A model generated the notes under the pieces. The model did no database searches and was not told the DNA's origin. It worked only from the letters and a program-made list of their open reading frames with translations. Below are positions 59,645 to 64,000 of a stretch of 64,000 bases of DNA, one piece after another (position 1 is the first letter of the stretch; each line of letters starts with the position of its first letter). Source of the stretch: Rhodospirillales bacterium. Lineage in GTDB: Bacteria > Pseudomonadota > Alphaproteobacteria > Rhodospirillales > Casp-alpha2. The stretch spans positions 9,480-73,479 of the forward strand of contig JAFMCK010000001.1 of the NCBI GenBank assembly GCA_017857825.1, given 5' to 3'. Both the position numbers and the translations under genes were made by a program.

Positions 59645-60414
59645 CGGTCTGGATCTATTTTCAGCGGCACGCCCTGGCGCGGGTGACGGTTGAGGCCCCT
59701 ATTGCGTTCCGGCATTGCGCTTAACATACGTTTGCGTTTCGGCTCGGCGGCAATGGTTGCGGCGTACATTTGTTTGACCGCCTCGGTGATGATGACGCCG
59801 CCTGCGGCCGGGAACAGTTTTGAGCCGACGTTTTCCCATGCGGGTGCTGAACTCATCAACAGTTGATTGTTGATCGGTGGCACGAATAACGTACGTTTTG
59901 TTTCCATCGGCATAAACATGTTGTCACGCAGCAGTCGGTTCAACTGCGCGCGGGAATACGGCAGGCCATGGCCGAACGGTGTCGACTCAAACCGCGCCCA
60001 GAGGCCGCGGCGGTTTGGGGCGACGATGATCAGATGCCCGGAGTCCGCCATGACGCGCCAGACTTCGCGTAAAAACGGGCGCACACTCTCTGAGCATTCG
60101 AGCGCGTGCACGATCAGCACGCGGTCTATGGAAAGATCCGGCAGCGGCAGGTCGTTTTCATCGCACAGCATCGTGAGACCGCGCTCCCCTGCCGGCCAAC
60201 GCAGCACGCCTTGTCCAGCGGGCATTGCGGCCAACACGCGTTCGGCTTCGCTGCGAAACACGCCCAGGTACGGCGTGGCGAAGCCAAGCCCTAACACGCG
60301 CAACCCGCTGACGTCCGGCCACAGGGCGCGCAAGCGCGCCCGCACCATACGCTGCGCGGTGCGCCCGGTGCGGTGCCCATAAAAATCACGTAAATCAACG
60401 ACGTCAGACCACAT
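59641..60414 (-). CDS. Class-I SAM-dependent methyltransferase-like protein
   Basis: 'LRVLGLGFATPYL' is a motif-I-like glycine stretch, with 'DRVLIVHALE' after it. It has an ATGA overlap with the Fre-like gene. The assignment is weak. Confidence 0.6.
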   Translation of the reverse strand: MWSDVVDLRDFYGHRTGRTAQRMVRARLRALWPDVSGLRVLGLGFATPYLGVFRSEAERVLAAMPAGQGVLRWPAGERGLTMLCDENDLPLPDLSIDRVLIVHALECSESVRPFLREVWRVMADSGHLIIVAPNRRGLWARFESTPFGHGLPYSRAQLNRLLRDNMFMPMETKRTLFVPPINNQLLMSSAPAWENVGSKLFPAAGGVIITEAVKQMYAATIAAEPKRKRMLSAMPERNRGLNRHPRQGVPLKIDPDR

Positions 60415-60553
60415 GGGCCAGAGCGTATCGGGTTTCCGCGCCCGGGTCAGCCCCGGTTTTGATTCAACCTAAATGCTGGCGCGTGACATACGGTCCGTCC
60501 GCCCATATCTTCCTCGGCAGAAACCTTAAATAAATGTCTTTAGGAGATATCCA

Positions 60554-61171
60554 ATGCAGCTTCGCTATTCCCCCACGTCCCCGTTCGTGCGGAAAGTTTC
60601 CGTCACCGCCATTGAATGTGGACTTGCCGATAAGATTGAAAATGTCGCCACCGATCCTTGGTCCGCGGATACGGATCTGCGCAGATCCAACCCCATGAGC
60701 AAAGTGCCGTGCTTGATGACCGATGCCGGCATGGCGCTGTATGACAGCCCGGTGATCTGCGAATATTTGGACAGCCTGAACAAAGGTACGAAGATTTTCC
60801 CGACAGACTCCGATGCCCGCTTTAAAGCGCTGACGTTGGCCGCCGCCGGCGACGGTATGACGGATGCCGGTGTGTTGTATTTGGTGGAAAATATGCGGCG
60901 CCCCGAAGAGTTGCGCTGGGATTGGTGGAGCGCACGCCAAAAAGAAACCATGAACAAATGCATGGACACCGCCGACGCAGCGGCCGACAGCATGATTGGC
61001 ACTGATGGACCAATCACCATCGCTGAAATCACGATTGGATGCGGTCTCGGCTGGATTGACCTGCGCTTCCCGGATTTCGGTTGGCGTGATGACCGTCCGG
61101 CGCTGGCTGATTGGTTTGATAATATCTCGGCCCGCCCGTCCTTCGAGCAGACTGTGCCGAAGCCTGCGTAA
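60554..61171 (+). CDS. Glutathione S-transferase family protein
   Basis: 'MQLRYSPTSPFVRKV' and 'VPCLMTDAGMALYDSPVICEYL' (thioredoxin-like GSH site with cis-Pro and Ser). An alpha-helical C-domain follows. Confidence 0.85.
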   Translation: MQLRYSPTSPFVRKVSVTAIECGLADKIENVATDPWSADTDLRRSNPMSKVPCLMTDAGMALYDSPVICEYLDSLNKGTKIFPTDSDARFKALTLAAAGDGMTDAGVLYLVENMRRPEELRWDWWSARQKETMNKCMDTADAAADSMIGTDGPITIAEITIGCGLGWIDLRFPDFGWRDDRPALADWFDNISARPSFEQTVPKPA

Positions 61172-61189
61172 CGCCGTTTGAATACTTGA

Positions 61190-62089
61190 TTATCGGCGGC
61201 GCCGTTGCAGTAGTTGTTTCGATGCCAGCAACGCGCCGCCGACGATCAACACGCATCCGCCCGCGACCGCCCACGTGGCCTCGCCTTTACCGAAGATCAC
61301 CAACACAACAGTCGAGATCAGCGGCGCACCGTATGCCAGCGCGCCCAGCACCTGGATGTCGCCATGCTTGGTGCCGTAGTCCCAGGTAAAGAACGCAGCG
61401 CCGACGGGGCCCATGCCCAGGCCGATAACGCCCAGCCATTCCAAACCATTCGCTGGCCAAATCGTGATCTCAAATGCAAGATGACATATGGTCGCCAGTA
61501 CGGCGGTGGCGGCGCAAAAGCCGCCGACAGTATCGGTCGGCACGCCGCCGAAGCGGCGATTCAAGACGGAATACGTTGACCAGGTCAGCGCGCAAACGCC
61601 GGCCATGATATAGCCGAACGTGAATTCAGATTTAAAACCGGAAACCCCGTTGCCGCCGGTGATCAAAAGCATCGCGCCAGCGAGTCCGGCCAGTGCCCCC
61701 ACAACATGCCACCAACGCAGTCGCTCACCTGGCAGCAACGCCGAACCGACGACGATCAGCAACGGCCACATATAGGCGATTAAGCCAGCCTCGACCGGGG
61801 GCGCATTGCGAAGCGCCATGAAATAAAAGAAGTGATAGCCGAACAGCCCAAGCGTGCCGAGCAGCCAAGCACCGACGGGCTGGCGTAAATGCTTGGCGAC
61901 GTCTTCGCTGCGCACGAGCCACTTAAGGCCCACAAACGCGGATGCGATGCCGAAGGACATGGCGGCCAACTGAAAAGGTGGAATGGTGCCGGTGAGCGTC
62001 GTAAACAACGCCAACGTGCCCCACATCAGCACCGCAGTGCTGCCGATCAAGGTGGCTTTCAAGCGCTTCGCCGGATCGTGATCGGACAT
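61190..62089 (-). CDS. EamA/DMT-family transporter
   Basis: Ten TM helices in two EamA repeats. ATG 62089 is preferred because the 62155 start would overlap the upstream gene. Confidence 0.8.
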   Translation of the reverse strand: MSDHDPAKRLKATLIGSTAVLMWGTLALFTTLTGTIPPFQLAAMSFGIASAFVGLKWLVRSEDVAKHLRQPVGAWLLGTLGLFGYHFFYFMALRNAPPVEAGLIAYMWPLLIVVGSALLPGERLRWWHVVGALAGLAGAMLLITGGNGVSGFKSEFTFGYIMAGVCALTWSTYSVLNRRFGGVPTDTVGGFCAATAVLATICHLAFEITIWPANGLEWLGVIGLGMGPVGAAFFTWDYGTKHGDIQVLGALAYGAPLISTVVLVIFGKGEATWAVAGGCVLIVGGALLASKQLLQRRRR

Positions 62090-62136
62090 GGTTTTTCCGT
62101 AGAGTAGCGATGTGGAGATGAAACTGCTTGCGCAGA

Positions 62137-63177
62137 TTACAGGTTGGGCATCCAAACCACCAGTGATCCATCGTCTAAGCCGAAGATCAGCTCGGGCGAT
62201 TGATCACCGTCCAGGTCATAGATCACCAGCCGATGAACGACCCGGCCTGAAAGATCTATTTTGCTGACAATGCGAGGGGTATTGGTAAATCGCACGATGG
62301 TCATGGCACGTCGCTCGGCGTCAGGGACGATGACCTCATCAATCCCGTCTGTCGGTCTATCTAAATCGGCCAACCCAGACAGCCCGAGTTCGCGCGATCC
62401 AATGGTATGATTGGAGAACCCGTTGAGTTCATAATCCACTACCAGGGTGTCCCCCTGCCATTCATAGGCCGTAAGCGTGCCGCCGATGTGCGGTGTGATG
62501 ACCGCAAGGACTTCGATGCGTCCATCACCGTCTATGTCGCCGGCGCCGACAGGATTGAGCCAACGGTTCGGCGTGCCAATCGGGGCAGCTTCAGCGATCA
62601 CCTGGGGAACTGCACCATCGGGGTTGCCCGGATCGACCAAGGTCAGCGCGGCCCCACGATCCAAGTAGGCGGTGATGGTTAAAATTTCGTCGCGTCCATC
62701 GCCATTTATATCGACGAAGCGCGGCGCTCGGTCTTCGAAAACGCGATCTTTTGGCAGCGTCAGCGATTTGCGTGATCCATCCGGATAACCGACGCTAAGA
62801 CCACCAGCTTCAATGGCATCGCCCAGCACACCGTGCTGATAGCGCGTCGTCGGTTGATCCAACCATGCCCAAAGGCCATGTGCGCCGGGTATCATCGGGG
62901 CATCGGGCAGAGCTTGCGGCGGTGCGCTCAGGTCGATCGCTGGGCCTGCGGGTTGCAGCACGATTTCATCCGCGTGCATGCGGACCCGATGTCTGCCGCC
63001 GATCCCATCGACCACGACAGGCGCGCCGTCGGGCAGCGTTTCGATGGCGCGAATGCCGGGCATTGGCATCGTCCAATATCGCCCGCCTGCAATTGTCGGC
63101 TCACATGACGCAAAAAGGGCGGCACCTAAAAGTGCCGCCCTGATGATTGCGTTGCGCACGCTGGTCACCCAGTCCAC
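62137..63177 (-). CDS. Secreted (possibly lipid-anchored) FG-GAP/VCBS-repeat protein
   Basis: The signal peptide ends in 'ALFASC'. Ca-binding-type repeats are 'DINGDGRDEI', 'GDIDGDGRIEV' and 'YDLDGDQSPEL'. Confidence 0.75.
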   Translation of the reverse strand: MDWVTSVRNAIIRAALLGAALFASCEPTIAGGRYWTMPMPGIRAIETLPDGAPVVVDGIGGRHRVRMHADEIVLQPAGPAIDLSAPPQALPDAPMIPGAHGLWAWLDQPTTRYQHGVLGDAIEAGGLSVGYPDGSRKSLTLPKDRVFEDRAPRFVDINGDGRDEILTITAYLDRGAALTLVDPGNPDGAVPQVIAEAAPIGTPNRWLNPVGAGDIDGDGRIEVLAVITPHIGGTLTAYEWQGDTLVVDYELNGFSNHTIGSRELGLSGLADLDRPTDGIDEVIVPDAERRAMTIVRFTNTPRIVSKIDLSGRVVHRLVIYDLDGDQSPELIFGLDDGSLVVWMPNL

Positions 63178-63181
63178 GCGA

Positions 63182-63907
63182 TTAGACCATATACTGGCCG
63201 CCGTTTGCGGTCAGAGTCGACCCGGTGATGAAGCCGGCATCGTCGGAAGCCAAGAAAGTGACGCAGCGCGCGATTTCGTCCCCTTCGCCTAAACGGCCGA
63301 CCGGAATCTGCGGCAGGATGACGTTTTTCAGGACGTCTTCGGGGACAGCCATTACCATCTCGGTGGCGATGTAGCCCGGTGCCACAGCATTGACGGTTAT
63401 GCCTTTGGATGCGGTCTCGGCGGCCAATGCCTTGGTGAAGCCGATCAGGCCGGCTTTGGCGGCTGAATAGTTGGTCTGGCCAAATTGGCCTTTTTGCCCG
63501 TTGATCGAGCTGATCGAAATGATGCGACCGAACTTTCGCTCGCGCATGCCCTCAATGACGGCACGCGACAGATTGAAGATACTGTCCAGGTCGGTACGGA
63601 TGACCGCGTCCCAATGCGCTTTGTCCATTTTGTGCAGCGGCTTATCACGGGTGATGCCGGCATTGTTGACGAGCACGTCAATCGGGCCGTGTGCCGCTTC
63701 GATGTCTTTGACGGCTGCTTGCACTGCGTCGAAATCACCAACGTCAAATTTGGCGACCTCGATACCGGTTTCGGATTTGAATGTGTTCGCAGCCTCGTCG
63801 TTGCTCGCATAGTTTGCGACAACCGTATATCCTGCGTTCTTAAGTCCTTCGGAAATCGCATGCCCGATCCCGCGCGTGCCGCCGGTGACCAATGCCACTT
63901 TTGCCAT
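63182..63907 (-). CDS. phbB: Acetoacetyl-CoA reductase (SDR)
   Basis: 'VALVTGGTRGIG', 'NNAG', 'YSAAKAG', and a length of 241 aa from ATG 63907 behind GGGAGG. Confidence 0.9.
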   Translation of the reverse strand: MAKVALVTGGTRGIGHAISEGLKNAGYTVVANYASNDEAANTFKSETGIEVAKFDVGDFDAVQAAVKDIEAAHGPIDVLVNNAGITRDKPLHKMDKAHWDAVIRTDLDSIFNLSRAVIEGMRERKFGRIISISSINGQKGQFGQTNYSAAKAGLIGFTKALAAETASKGITVNAVAPGYIATEMVMAVPEDVLKNVILPQIPVGRLGEGDEIARCVTFLASDDAGFITGSTLTANGGQYMV

Positions 63908-64000
63908 TTTGTGACCTCCCATTGATGCCGTCATTTGACGGTCATTATCGCTTTTATTTTATACGTTTTTTTATTTCTTTGCTACCGGGAGCGGCGAACG

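Noticed and set aside
60441-60460. Terminator-like CCCGGG-TCAG-CCCCGG-TTTT in the methyltransferase/GST divergent spacer, considered as the end of a small RNA
   Set aside because: Pairing is only 5 bp with an internal C-C mismatch, and there is no upstream plus-strand transcription unit.

Overview
This is a gene-dense, moderately GC-rich chromosomal segment with about 60 protein genes. I saw no rRNA, tRNA, CRISPR array, transposase or integrase. The gene content looks alphaproteobacterial: class-I LysRS, the pckA...chvI-chvG-hprK-rapZ-EIIA(Man)-HPr block followed by ahcY and a His-less DivL-like kinase, tsaE-amgK-murU-addB-addA-trxA, and phbB. Other blocks are a metal-efflux pair (ArsR/CDF), ilvE, a MarR/OmpR/EnvZ-like triad and a nine-gene peptide uptake and hydrolysis locus (family-5 ABC transporter, M20 peptidase, amidase, two divergent MlrC/M81 paralogues). 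There is also a queuosine cluster (queA-tgt-queF converging on queD-queE plus a Fre-like reductase and a methyltransferase). I found no textbook defence or mobile system. The items I consider most worth follow-up are listed here. (1) A three-part protein with a ligand-less MBL/ODP-like domain, a polyacidic spacer of about 112 aa and a DHH/DHHA1 phosphoesterase. (2) The DivL-like pseudo-kinase, which has Met at the phospho-acceptor position. (3) A zeta-toxin-like P-loop gene plus a composite palindromic repeat wedged between ahcY and divL. (4) A perfect 22-bp AT-rich palindrome in front of ahcY. (5) A single-domain MetE homologue. (6) The double-MlrC peptide locus. (7) A GAF-less Enzyme I with a Lys-rich tail inside the chvIG/hprK cluster. 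All homology calls come from by-eye motif recognition on the supplied translations, with no database search. Start codons were refined by looking for ATG/GTG with a Shine-Dalgarno-like purine tract.
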